A stretch of 64,000 nucleotides of DNA. It comes from Chrysemys picta bellii (lineage: Eukaryota). The stretch is taken from assembly GCF_011386835.1 (NCBI RefSeq), contig NC_088798.1:12400001-12464000 (forward strand), in the 5' to 3' direction. Every line of letters begins with the position of its first letter. Positions within the stretch are counted from its first letter, which is position 1. This document shows positions 11,001-22,899 of this stretch, piece by piece. Both the position numbers and the translations under genes were made by a program. Under the pieces are notes generated by a model that worked only from the letters and a program-made list of their open reading frames with translations, searched no databases and was not told the DNA's origin.

Positions 11001-14000
11001 AATGTGCAGCAGCAGTCAAAAAAGCGAACAGAATGTTGGGAATCATTAAGGGATAGATAAGAAAACGACAGAAATTTATATTTATATTGCCTCTATATAA
11101 ATCCACAGTACGCCTACATCTTGAATACTGTGTGCAGATGTGGTCACCCCATCTCAAAAAAAGATATAAATGGACTTGGAAAAGGTTCAGAAAAGACAAC
11201 AAAAATGATTAGGGGTATGGAACGGCTGCCTTATGAGGAGAGATTAATAAGACTGGGACTTTTCAGCTTGGAAAAGGGACAACTAAAGGGAGATATGATA
11301 GAGGTCTATAAAATCATGACTCGTGTAGAGAAAGTAAGTAAGGAAGAGTTATTTACTCCTTCTCATAACACAAGAACTGTGAAATGAAATGAATAGGCAG
11401 CAGGTTTAAAACAAACAAAGGAAGTATTTTTTTACAACACACAGTCAATCTGTGGAACTCCTTGCCTGAGGATGTTGTGAAGGCCAAGACTATAAACAGG
11501 ATTCAAAAAAGAACTAGATAAATTCATGGAGGATAGGTCCATCAATGTCTATTAGCCAGTTGGGGCAGGAATGGTGTCCCTAGCCTCTATTTGCCAGAAG
11601 CTGGGAATGGGTGACAGCGGATGGATCACTCGATGGATTACCTGTTTTGTTCATTCCTTCTGGGGCACCTGGCATTGGCTACTGTCGAAAACAGGATACT
11701 GGGCTCGATGGACTTTTGGTCTGACCCAGTATGGCCATTCTTATGTACCTTTTCTGATTCTAAAATATTTTTTGATATGAGGTGACTAGAACTGCATGCA
11801 GTATTCAATATGTAGGTGTACCATGGATTTTCTGTTTTTGTATCTATTCCTCTCTAGTTATTAACATTGTTAGCTTTTCTGACTGCTCCTGCACATTTTG
11901 AGAGGATGTTTTCAGTATACTACTCACAATGATGCCAAGATCTTTCTTGCAACTAATTTAGACCCCATTATTTTGTATGTCTAGAAGTGTGTGAATGCAT
12001 CCTGCTGCTCAGTAGCAAAGATTAATGAAAGAAAAAGAGCAAAGTGATATTGTATCCTATCAACCTAGAAATAAAGCAAAACTGCTTATTTATACAGCAC
12101 CTTTCACACTAGACAATCCCAAAGTACTACACAAATCAATCACTTCACCCTGATATGCAGCCATATCTAGGAAACCAGTGAACTGTAGCAGCTGTTTAAC
12201 AGTTTGCAGCAAAATATCAGTAGTGTGGGACAGGAAATGACAAATATCATGGTTAGGTTAAACTGCATGGAGAGATTAGGTTGGCCAAATTGTCAACAAG
12301 TATATTGTGGCTAATATCTATTTTTGTAAGGGAGCAGTGAGCTCTTTAACACAAGTGCTCAGAACCTCCCCTTTAACACAAGTGCTCAGAACCTCCCCTT
12401 TAACATCTCCTCCAAAACATCATCTTTCTTGAATACAGTTCTGTCACTTTGAGATTGTCTGATGGAGTATATGACATGTAAAGTATATGGGGAAGGAATG
12501 TCATCCTACCATTTAAGCTTTTACAAGACAGTAGAAGATACATACATAGAAAGACATTTGAAAAAGCTATTTCTTTCCTCCTCTTCAAAAAATCCTGTGT
12601 GTGTCTGTGAACCTCCTGGCTGTAGGTCTGCTGAAAGATCACAATGACAGCTCCATTACAAGGTTACAATTAAAAACTCTAGTCTCATACAGTCCCTGTC
12701 TATACGAAGACATTGATAGTAGAAAGCTTCTTTAAAATGGTTAATTCCAGTGGGGCACCACTACCATCCAGTAGTATACCACGCTATATTTAAAATACAT
12801 TTTAAAAAGAATTTCTTACTGTGGCCTTTGTTGCCATGTACACAGGGTGAAGGTGACAGTCTGCCCATAATGACTTTTTCCTCTGTGGAAGATTTGACTT
12901 ACTCTTGCAGGTTATGAATATTTTCATTTGCACTCTAGAGAACCCAAACCAACTTACCGGATGTTTTGCTCAACAACGATTCTTTCAGATCTGTGGTGTC
13001 CTGTGGAATATATTGAACTTCTGGCTTTGACTAAAACAATAATGAAAATTGTAAGGTCTTATTTGTATTTCATAAAGCTTCAATTAACCTTAAAATTATA
13101 GTCATCCCATAAGCATCATTCACATTTGCAAAAGAAATGGGGAAAAATTTTGACACACTATCCTTTTAAGTTAATTTTGCTTTCTACATTGCAAATCCAG
13201 TGACCACTACAAAGAGAGACTGACTGCTGCCAAACATTAAGCATGCAGTTACTTGCCGAGACGGCTCTGCTATCTGTTGTGTGAGTGGAAGACACAGGAG
13301 ATCAACTGTTAACACCCAGGACACACAAAGCCTTGTAAAAGTAAAAAAGCAAGCAAGCACCTGGAATATAACTATTTTGCCATCATCTGCTTGAAGGTAG
13401 AAGGTCCATGAGGAAGTTATGAAGCTCTGTGCTGAGTCCATCATGTCACTCCAGAATGATCTCACCAGTGTCAGAGGGAAAAGGAGATGAATCCTTGGCA
13501 TCAGGGACATTAACTGTAAACACATCATTAACTGGTTTTCGATTTATTCTGTACATATTCAAGCAATTTAACACTGTCCCCAATAAGGTCTTAGTCTTTA
13601 AATAGAGAATTTCTCTCCATCTTTCTACACACATTAAATTTGGAAAAAAAAAAAAAAGTGAGACAATCTGAGCAGAAAACAAGTAGGTGGCATTTGACAA
13701 ACATGCTACATGCTTACTTGCTCTTGTCTCAGTTCAGCAAATGGCTGCTGATTCTGGCACCCAAGATGGCAAGCATATTGTTCATCAGACTGGGAATATG
13801 CTTCAGTACAGGCTGCAAAGAAGAAAAGTTGTGTAAATTGAAAAATAATTTCACATCTTAAGTCAGCAACTGAAAGCACGAGTGTAAGGTGTAGGTACAG
13901 TCTGATAAGGACTCAAGTGACCATTTTAAAGACTCCCTATCCCACCTGAGGAATAATACGAGAGCAATGTACCAATACTGGTACTGGATTCTTTGGGCTG

Positions 14001-17000
14001 ATGTAATCTAGATGATCTATCTAGAACAGGCATAAAACTGGGTTATATCTAAAAGCTGAATGCAGCAATAGCATTTGATCACAAAAATGAGGAAAAGCAA
14101 AAAACCAATCAAAATAAAGTAAGAGCAATTACTGGTATAGAAAATTCCAACATAGTGACGTAAATTAACACAGCCTCAACCCAGTAGAATAGGCAAGGAT
14201 TTTGTACCAGAGATGGCATGGATTATCAACCAGAGTTCTGAAAGACCCTCCCACAGGACTGTGGTCTTTCCTCCCACATACCATGGAAGAGTTCAAGTTT
14301 TGCTCCAGGGGATGGAAGTAAACTAACAGAGGAATCCATCAAACTGCAGAGCGCCATGGCATAACAGGGAACAAAGGAGGGTTTGCCCATCAGTGTTGCA
14401 GGAGTATAGTTAGACTTTCTATACCAATTTCAAGCTCTATCAAAAATACAAAGTCAGCTCTGCTCTTATTTCCAAAGAGCCGTATCCAATATTTAAAATA
14501 AAGGACAGACTAGCAATTACAGGAGAGAAGCCAGAAGATTTGTATTCTATTTGTGGCTTAGCCACCCACCTGCAGTATGACCTTGGGAAAAGTCTCTACA
14601 CCTGGGGAACCGGAGACAGAAGTCAAGTGGAGATAATCCTCTCTCACTAGGGTATTGGGAGGCTTAGGCCAGAAAGGCACAGAAAGAACAGGCTTGGCAA
14701 GTAAAAGTGCATCCTGAAAGTTAGGACTATCCATTTTCTCACAGGAGAGGAAAATGAACAAGCGTACAACCAGATATGGGCAGTCTATGGAAACAGGGCA
14801 GACAAAATCCTGGCAGGGAATGCACAGTAATCAGCCAAATAACTGAGTGTGCCGTTCTCAAGAGCCTGAGCAGCAGTCCTACGGTAAAACAGTTACAAAG
14901 CCAGACAACTGGCAGTCATAGAAGCACCTAGAGACAGAATTGAACATAATGGTCAGGAAGTGCATCACAAAGCACAGGACAGCCACCAAGCAACGAGCAA
15001 AATCAGTGTTATAAGGCCACGGCAAATGACCAGGCAGAAGGCAACAGTCCAGGGTGGCAATGTTGTACAGGAAAGGAGGCAACACTTCAGACTCAGCTCT
15101 ACATCTGGACTTTTGCTGCACCCCCCCTTTTTTATGATATCCCTTGACGTGTGGTTTGGCAATTGAAAAGAAATGCCTGGATCACAGCTGTGCACGGGAT
15201 ACTGCTTTTCTGCAGCTCCAGCCTATTCCCAGCTCATAGAACTCAGCTCTGTATTGCATTCACGTGCCTTTCCCCAACTCTCTCTGCTCTTGGAGCTGGC
15301 CACTGCCCCCTTCGCCTTCAGCACAAGATTGAGCCTCTTTTTAGTGCTGAGTTGGCACTTAACCACTTTTAGACTACATAGGGAGAGCTGCTCCCTCTCC
15401 TGCCTCGCTCGGTGGGCACCACGCTTTTGATCTCAGTATACGAACCTTAATGTTTATCAATTGCTTTAAGATCCTTGGCTGGAAGTACTACAGAACTGCA
15501 AAGAAATATTAGCTTGGTATATAGTTGGTAACAAGTATTTTCAGTTTTAATTATCGATATTCCTCGTCTGATCTTCAGATAATTAATCCTTTTAAACAAT
15601 TAGTTATTTATGAATGTTTGATTATTTAATGGCTTAATTCAACAAGACAAACCCAGCTCCCAAGTTGTTTAACTACATGCAAGGCAGAGAATGTAGTTAA
15701 GATTTGTTTCTCTTTCCATAGTAAAGAGATTGTAAAATTGAGTTGAATGAGGCCAGATCAGTGATGTAGTACAGTATACAGTTCACCAAGATTTGTGCTT
15801 TGTAAAGCAAACATTTCAGCTGAAGTAAATACAAAGTCATACAGTCCCAACAAATAGTCAGGGCTAGGAAAATCATCACAACTGGTGTCGTTTATTAGGT
15901 TGTCATTGCACAATGTTGCATGGAGTAAAAGGGACACCATTAGCTTAAAAATTACATTGTTAGCTAACCATTTTACACCTAATATGGTTACACTACCTAA
16001 ATTTTTCCCTTGGCCAAAAGGACCCTTATGTTTTAAAGGCTCACAAAGCAGAAACCCCTTTTAAAAATTTGAGAAATTTTAATGAGTGCTCTATCAAACT
16101 TTTTTTAAAGAGTAACATCAATTTAAAAAAAGTCAAATTGACAATATCCCTTCATATGTTTCCGCTCTTCCCTTCATTTGTCTCTTCACATTACATCTTG
16201 TGGAAAGAGCATAGAATTATCTTACCAGAGTCGCATTCCAGTTTGGTACGATTCAAGTCAATTCCATCATCCACAAACTGACAAATAGAAAACAGTCTGC
16301 AGCCTCGCTGACATGCGTACAGTTCCTCTTCCTGGGAAGTTACAAGAAAAGCAGGGTTGCTAAAGAAATTACTAATACTCCATCCAAGAATCTAGGGTAG
16401 CAACAAGCAAACATTACTACTTTTCTGAGTACTATAAAAGCTACCGTGGAAAATGTTCTAGCAAAAAAACCCAAACAAAAAGAAAACCTTAGAAGTCAGC
16501 CAAACACCAAGGTCTGTACAGTCTGGAACAAAAGCAAATTACAGTTCTTTAAAATAATTGGGCAATTTTGATATGGACTTCCTTAGTCCAAGCAGAACAC
16601 AGTTCTTTATTCAGCAAGGAGCTGGCCTTGAATAGACAGATCACTAAAGTCAGCAAGCTAAAAAATGCATTTCTGAAAAACTATAGCTTTAAAAATAAAG
16701 GTGCTAGCTGCTAAAGAATCAAAGTAGAACCTATTAACCTTCACTTCACTAATTCACACAGAAAGTTGGCAGTCCTTACCTCTCAAAGATTTAATGGCAA
16801 ATGCTACCAGTGAGGAGTCATAATAAAGATGAATAGTATATTGTCAAAACAACAATTATTTATTATAGGATAGAATTAGAAGTAAAGAGTTGTCAAAATA
16901 AGTAACCAGAGTATATTTTGTGGTGCATTATTCTTGTGTCAAGGCTACTTACTTGCCAAAATAGCTAGTCAACATACTATTTAATGGTTATGCTGAGGGA

Positions 17001-20000
17001 AAGTAAGGGAGAAGAATATTCCTTTATGTAATTACAAAACTAAGATACAGCAAGTGTATAAAAAATTTATATCAATGTTCCTATTTGATTGTCACCCTCT
17101 TTCTCACCCTTCAAATGTTACAGTCTTAGACTGTAAGCTCTTCAGGGCAGGCACTATATCGACCTCTGTGTATAATGCCCCAATCAAGATTATAGTATGG
17201 TAGCATTCAGAAGACAAAGTAAAAAACAACTTAATGCTTCTCCCAATAATTAATGAAGTTCTATAGTACTTTGTTTCACAAGAAAATACTCCCTTAGCTG
17301 TGAGAAACATACTGTTTAATTACTAGAAGTACCATGTGGCAGAGAAATGGGGTCTGTAAGGTAGACTTCATTTTGTGGGCTTGTCAACCCACAAAAGTTG
17401 TATAGCTAGAGCAGTACTGGTATAGCTAAGGCAGTACAACCCTCCTAGTGTGGTCACAGTCATACAAGCATAGTTTATTTCCTTATGGAAAGGGGAATAA
17501 GCTACACTGGTATACGGCACCTTTATATTAGTATAACTACGGCCACACTAAGTTGTATAACTAAGAGTTGTAACAGTATAACTATTTAGATAAAAAACAT
17601 GCCCCCAAGTAGAGTAGTTATACCCTACTGGTAGAAAAACTGTGTTTAAATGAGGCCTAGGCAAGTACCTACTTCCCTGGTATTTTAGAAGTTTTGCTTA
17701 TTTTTTAAAGCAAAGCAATAAAAGTAGCGAGTTATCTAGTTCCACAATGTGGAATATTTGCTATGTCAGAGACCAGATAGATAAGGTAATATCTTTTACT
17801 GCACAAATTTCTGTTGGTGGAAAGCACAAGCTTTCAAAAAGTGTCCGATTTCTTTCCACAGACCTGAAGAACTCTGTGTAGTTTGAAAGTCTGTACCTTC
17901 CTCCAACAGAAGCTGGTCAAGTAAAAGATATTAGCTCACCTACCTTGTCTCTCTCATATGTTAGGACCAACAAAACTAGTTGTTTGTAGTGTTGTTGTAA
18001 ACACTGAACATTGTTCTGCATTTGACACCATGTGAATTTATTAACAGGAAAACTCAAGACAAGTCTTTTGGCTCTGTCCTCATCCTTACGGTTGTCACCA
18101 TCTGTTTTACAGGTGGAGAGTGTGACTTGTACAGTCTATATGGATTTATAAAAACATAATAAGAAGTGAATATAATGTAACTGGAATATGCTTCATGCAA
18201 AAGGTCTCTTGTAAGGTATCATTAGAAAGCTTATAATCTACAGAGTGTGATCATCCCATTTGTATAAATGTACCACTCTTGTATCTAAAACTAGAAATAT
18301 AAAATATAACTCTGAGGGCCTACTGTAATTATGTAAAGTGTGGGCCATTAATGATGGTTTGGAATCTTGATGACTCCCATTAACAAGGACCATTGTCTGC
18401 AGATGGCTCTGTTTACCTGTTAGTCTTCCTGTATATGTGTGTGCTGGCAAGTGGGCAATGAAGTCTTGCAGTGACATGTGATCATGTCACCTGAACTGGA
18501 ATCCATCTTTAACCTGGTGGTTTTCCAGGGGGGGGGGGGGGGAGGGTGGAAACCCAGAGGGACAAAGGGTTCCCGCCTTATGCAAAAGATATATAAAGGG
18601 GTGGAAGAGAACAGAGGGAGAGAGGAGCCATCATGAAGAATCCCCTAGCTAACACCTAAGCTGGAACAAGAGCTGTACCAGGGAAAAGAATTGTGCCCAG
18701 GCCTGGAAGGTGTTCAGTCTAAGAAAAAACTTACTGAAGCATCTTTGAGGGCAAGATTATCTGTATTCAGTTTGATTAGGCATAGATTTGCGCATTTTAT
18801 TTTATTTTGCTTGGTGACTTACTTTGTTCTGTCTGTTACTACTTGGAACCACTTAAATCCTATTTTCTGTATTTAATAAAATCACTTTTTACTTATTAAT
18901 TAACTCAGAGTATGTATTAATACCTGAGGGAGCAAACAGCTGTGCATATCTCTCTATCAGTGTTATAGAGGGCGAACAATTTATGAGTTTGCCCTGCATG
19001 AGCTTTATGCAGGGTAAAACAGATTTATTTGGGTTTAGACCCCATTGGGAGTTGAGCATCTGAGTGCTATAGACAAGCACACTTCTGTGAGCTGTTTTCA
19101 GGTAAACTTGCAGCTTTGGGGCAAGTGATTCAGACCCTGGGTCTGTGTTGGAGCAGACAGGAGTGTATGGCTCAGCAAGACAGGGTTCTGGAGTCCTGAG
19201 CTGGCAGGGAAAATAGGAGCAGGGGTAATCTTGGCACATAGGGTGGCAGCTCCCAAGGGGGTTTCTGTGATCCAACCCGTCACAGAGAGAACTTTGAATT
19301 CATTATTAAAGGAACAAGGCAAACACACCACACCTTACCATATAACTAACCCATTGCAAACAAACTGATGCGATTTTCTTTCAGACACAGATGTTCTGAT
19401 ATTTTATACTGCAAAAACATAGAACTGCCAACCTGGGTCAAGATTTTTTTTATTTATTTTTTAATAAAGCCTAACAACCTTGACTGTCTCTCTAATAGAA
19501 ATATCCTGCTGCAGAAAATATGCCTCAAATGTTGACATTCATATTGAATTGGCTTTGGCAGGTATGATGCACACACAGATTCTCTTGACAAGTCTTAATG
19601 AAGTTTATCTTGAAGTTAAACCAAACAATGAATGTTTCGAAAATAAAAAGTTTCCTGCCACCTCTATTTCTATTTGGTAGCTTAGTGGTAAGTAGTGTTT
19701 AAAATCAACACAGGATAGATTGTTTAAGTCACAAAGTACTCAGTAGGAAGAGGATTGTGTGTGTCACTTTATTGGCCTCTTTATGATGTATATTATAATA
19801 ATGAGCTCAAAGTGCTTAGTTTTTTAAAACGAAGCCACCAGAAACACCAGTCGCAATTTCCTTCAAAAACTTGCCAAATTCCTGCAACAAAAAGAAGGGA
19901 ACTATGCTTCACCATAGGAGTCTGAAATTTCATCTGCGGTAGGAAAAGATTTGGGGTTGGGATTAAGGAAGAAAGTTGTTTAATCTTACAATGATTCAGT

Positions 20001-21708
20001 TCCCAAACTTTGGCCTTTTTTGCAATTGGGATCATGCTTAGACCTCTCAACATGCGGCATAAAGTCCCATATTCTAGATATATATTTCATTCCATCTACA
20101 CAAGTCTTTGTTGCTTCCACTCATTGTTGAGGTATACACATCACCGTTACTGTCTCAAAACCATGATTATGTAGTTTTATTCTACAAATATTAATTCCAC
20201 ACTTCAAACTTTCTGCTCTATTACTCGTTTCCCTCGTTTGTAGTTTGTGCACCCCACATTTTGAACTCAACCTGTTACACTGCTGCAGATAGAGAATAAA
20301 GTATATTACCAGTCAAAAATTCACACAAGACTGAAAAGAATAATCAATTTTCCAAATTCCAACAGTAACTCAGAATTCTATGGAATCCTGAACTGATGCT
20401 GAACCTCAACATGAAACAGAGCTGGGGGGGGGGGGACGGGGACGGGGGGGGGACGACAGTTTTCCAACACCTTCCTTTTATAAAGATGGATACCATGAAA
20501 GACTTCTGCCTAAGTTAACTAGAACCCAGGGGTGGAAGTTTTTTGGGGTGCTCATTTTTTAACCACTCTTCAGACTTCATCCTCTATAATTCAAATGTTT
20601 TATCAGTGTCATGATTCAGGACTTTTTACTTGTCAACACACAAAGATATTTTGTATGGTTTTAAAGCCAGAGCAGCCCACATCAAGTTGGCATTGTTTCT
20701 TTGAGGGAAGGAGGGAGAAGAAAACAGGACACATGGAAACCCCACAACAACAAAATCTGGATGCTCTGCGCTTGAATAGCTTTTGAACATATTATAGATC
20801 CTAAGAGGAAATGATATTGCCTTATCTGGTAAACAAACAACCTCTTCCCCCAAAAGGGTATATTTTACAGGAAGATTACTGACTGCTACACAGAGCTCTT
20901 CTTCAGGTCTACTTCCTTACCCAGCCCCGAAGAAGAGCTCTGCATAGCTCAAAAGCTTTTATCATCCACCAACAAAAGTTGATCCAATAAGAGATATTAT
21001 TTCATGTAGTCTATCTATATCCCATGGGGAGGGGATGCAAAAGAAACAGGCCATATCTTGGGTTTGCTGTGTAGGGGGAATCTTCCTAGCCAAGGACCCC
21101 ATACCTAGAGGCACCTGCTACCAGATAAGGAATCACCAACAACCAGTGGACCAGGGTGAACAAACCTCAAAAGCTATCGAGCGGGGGAAGCGAGCCATCC
21201 TCATCCCGATATATACCTGAGGAGTCTCTCTCATGGTCTGGCAACACTTGCCCAGCTTGTCATGCCAACAGTCTCACTGACTCGGATTAGACCAGGGATG
21301 GTCCCAGCTGGGGAGAAGCAGGGGCACCCCGGCGGAAGGCCCTGCGCCTTGGGGCCAGAGTGCAGAGGGCGGTGTCTGGCTATGGGTGCGGGGGACTGGG
21401 CGGCCTGTACCTGGAGGCAGGTGTGGGGGGCGCCTCCAAGGGAGCCCCATAGCGCAGGAGCGGGGTGGAGGGGAGACCTGCACCCTGAGAGGCTCGTCCA
21501 AGGAAGGCGGGATAAGGCCGGCGGGGTCCCGTACCTTGGGGTAGGTGTGCAGGGGGTAAGTCAGCTGACAGGCCCGGTGGCACGACGCCGTGCTGCCCAG
21601 CGCCGAGTCAAAGGCCTCGGAGGAGCCCGCGGCAGCCCAGCCCCTCCCGCAGATCAGGAGCAGCAGAAAAAGTCCCAGCCCCGACGGGCTCCCCCGCGGC
21701 GCCGCCAT
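7860..21708 (-). CDS. TMEM59: Transmembrane protein 59, complete 8-exon CDS, 315 aa
   Basis: join(21708-21535, 16331-16226, 13812-13718, 13513-13361, 13030-12958, 12630-12546, 9902-9794, 8012-7860). All introns are GT-AG, phases are consistent, and 948 nt are open. Signal peptide, Cys-rich luminal domain, TM segment and tail all match TMEM59. Confidence 0.97.
8086..8250 (-). mobile_element. CR1 LINE 3' UTR fragment
   Basis: Same 3' end as the CR1 copies at 10285 and 11570-11746. Confidence 0.8.
9794..9902 (-). CDS. TMEM59: TMEM59 exon 7, TM segment ([36 protein letters not shown])
   Basis: 109 nt, cag acceptor and GAG|gtaaag donor. Confidence 0.97.
10285..11985 (-). mobile_element. Older CR1 LINE (3' part of ORF2 plus 3' UTR), split by a nested opposite-strand CR1
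   Basis: Segments 10285-10856 and about 11745-11985 are contiguous in the CR1 ORF2 reading. Confidence 0.8.
10859..11746 (+). mobile_element. 5'-truncated CR1 LINE inserted inside the minus-strand CR1
   Basis: Degenerate ORF2 C-terminus ([11 protein letters not shown]..., [25 protein letters not shown]) and a 3' UTR ending ttcttatgt. Confidence 0.9.
12344..12406. repeat. 27-bp tandem duplication (ctttaacacaagtgctcagaacctccc x2.3)
   Basis: Direct reading. Confidence 0.9.
12546..12630 (-). CDS. TMEM59: TMEM59 exon 6 ([29 protein letters not shown])
   Basis: NAGNAG acceptor tttcagCAG and donor AT|gtatgt. Aligns to human LQMRNSQAHRNFLEDGESDGFLRCLS. Confidence 0.9.
12958..13030 (-). CDS. TMEM59: TMEM59 exon 5 ([24 protein letters not shown])
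   Basis: 73 nt, ag acceptor and G|gtaag donor. Confidence 0.93.
13361..13513 (-). CDS. TMEM59: TMEM59 exon 4 ([51 protein letters not shown])
   Basis: 153 nt, near-identical to human TMEM59. Confidence 0.98.
13718..13812 (-). CDS. TMEM59: TMEM59 exon 3 ([32 protein letters not shown])
   Basis: 95 nt, canonical splice sites. Confidence 0.98.
16226..16331 (-). CDS. TMEM59: TMEM59 exon 2 ([35 protein letters not shown])
   Basis: 106 nt, canonical splice sites. Confidence 0.98.
17375..17658. mobile_element. Decayed Harbinger-like MITE
   Basis: Degenerate ggcttgtc...gaggcc termini and internal symmetry, like the gtctacact family. Confidence 0.45.
17766..17968. mobile_element. Penelope-derived inverted (palindromic) fragment, family B, decayed
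   Basis: Arms aaggtaatatcttttactgcacaaatttctgttgg and ccaacagaagctggtcaagtaaaagatattagctcacc, with a decayed CTGAAGA...GAAAG core. Confidence 0.65.
18121..19284 (+). mobile_element. Solo LTR (Gypsy-like), 1164 bp
   Basis: TGTGAC...GTCACA termini, 5-bp TSD GAGAG on both sides, TATAAA at 18592 and AATAAA at 18875. Confidence 0.9.
20892..21005. mobile_element. Penelope family B fragment, decayed
   Basis: cagagctcttcttcaggtc ... gaagaagagctctg...aaagctt...ccaacaaaagttgatccaata. Confidence 0.6.
21535..21708 (-). CDS. TMEM59: TMEM59 exon 1 ([58 protein letters not shown])
   Basis: Kozak context aagATGG, signal peptide, donor AAG|gtacgg. The upstream ATG at 21765 in the ORF track is probably not the start. 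Confidence 0.97.
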
Positions 21709-22057
21709 CTTGCCCCTCCCTCTCTCGCGGGGTGGGGGGGGGTGTTTATCGCGTCGGGTTCCCACTTCCGGCCCTAAGGTGAAGGACGAGGCTTGAGTGA
21801 TCTCGCGAGAATTCCCTCGCCGCGGGGCCTGACGGGAGAAGCAGTTTCCCTATCGGAGCTGAGCTGGGGAGGAGACGGAGACTCGCCTTCGCCGGGAACT
21901 ACGAGGCGAGTCACTTCCGGGACGGGCCGCGCGAGTCGGTTCGGGGCACCGTGGAACTAGCCCGTGCGCCCCGAGCCCCGCTACCCCGCCGGGCAGCAGT
22001 ACCCCGGGCCCATCGCCGACCCTCCACGCCCTGCCAGACACCCAGCTCCTCCGCCCG

Positions 22058-22340
22058 CGGGCCGGGCCCCCGACTCCATCTCTCCTCCTTCTCCCCCGCC
22101 ACGGGCCCCCCCGACTCCATCCCTCCTCCCCTCCCCCACGGGCTGGGCCCCCCCGACTCCATCCCTCCTCCCCCCCCCCCCCACGGGCCCCCGACTCCAT
22201 CTCTCCTCCTTCTTCCCCCCTCACGGGCCGGGCCCCCCCGACTCCATCCCTCCTCCTCCTCCTCCTACCCCCCCCGCGGCCCCGAATCCATCCCTCCTCC
22301 TCCTCCCCCCCCCACGGGCCGGACCCCCGACTCCATCCCT
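22058..22340. repeat. GC-rich minisatellite, 7 copies of a 35-48 bp unit (ggg(c)cccgactccatc(c/t)ctcct...cac)
   Basis: Seven gactccatc/gaatccatc cores read directly. Confidence 0.9.
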
Positions 22341-22797
22341 TCCCCCAGGGCATCAGCCGGGCACCCCATGCCCGCCCCCTCAGGGCATGTTGTAACTCGT
22401 AGCATGGTGCCGCACCCCCTTTGCGTACCCTGCAGTGTCACCCCAAATCTCCAGCCACAGATCTGCGCTCCCAGCCAGCCCCAGGTGTATACGGTAGCAG
22501 CCTAAGCCCCCCACTCTCCCCAATCCTCATTTGTGCCTTGCAGCTTCATTGTATTCGGGGCTCAGTGTAACATTGCCGTCAAAAGTTCCCCCCCCCTTTC
22601 CCCCCCCCCCCCTTTTCCCCCTACCTACCTGCAGCTCAGGCTCCTAGGTTATTTTTGCTGGCATTTCTGTCAACAATCTGCCTTTAAGTTAAAGCAGTAT
22701 TACCAATACAGTTTCATAAAAGAAAATGGACAATTGTTTTCTCATTGAAACAGCTGCTGCACGTATCCAATAATTTGGAGACCTTTAAGTGTCCATC

Positions 22798-22899
22798 ATG
22801 GATAGATTTGTGATACGAAAACCCAAAGCTCAAGAAAGCCCTAGGAAAAGAGATCCAGGGGAAAAGGTTTACAAGCAAGCCACTATAGAATCTCTGAAG
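22798..22899 (+). CDS. TCEANC2: TCEANC2 first coding exon ([34 protein letters not shown])
   Basis: Donor AAG|gtaaga. Confidence 0.96.

Larger units (their letters stand above)
21300..22420. promoter_or_regulatory. CpG island / bidirectional promoter of TMEM59 (-) and TCEANC2 (+)
   Basis: High GC and CpG density. YY1-type GCCGCCATCTTG at 21701-21712, ETS/GABP CACTTCCGG at 21763 and 21912, TCTCGCGAGA palindrome at 21801-21810. Confidence 0.9.

Noticed and set aside
13900-15000. Possible decayed DIRS/LINE coding remnant in TMEM59 intron 2
   Set aside because: Only vague peptide resemblance, not enough to call.
21262-22505. Several long Pro/Gly/Arg-rich ORFs on both strands
   Set aside because: By-products of the CpG island and C-rich minisatellite, where stop codons are scarce. 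Only TMEM59 exon 1 has homology and splice support.
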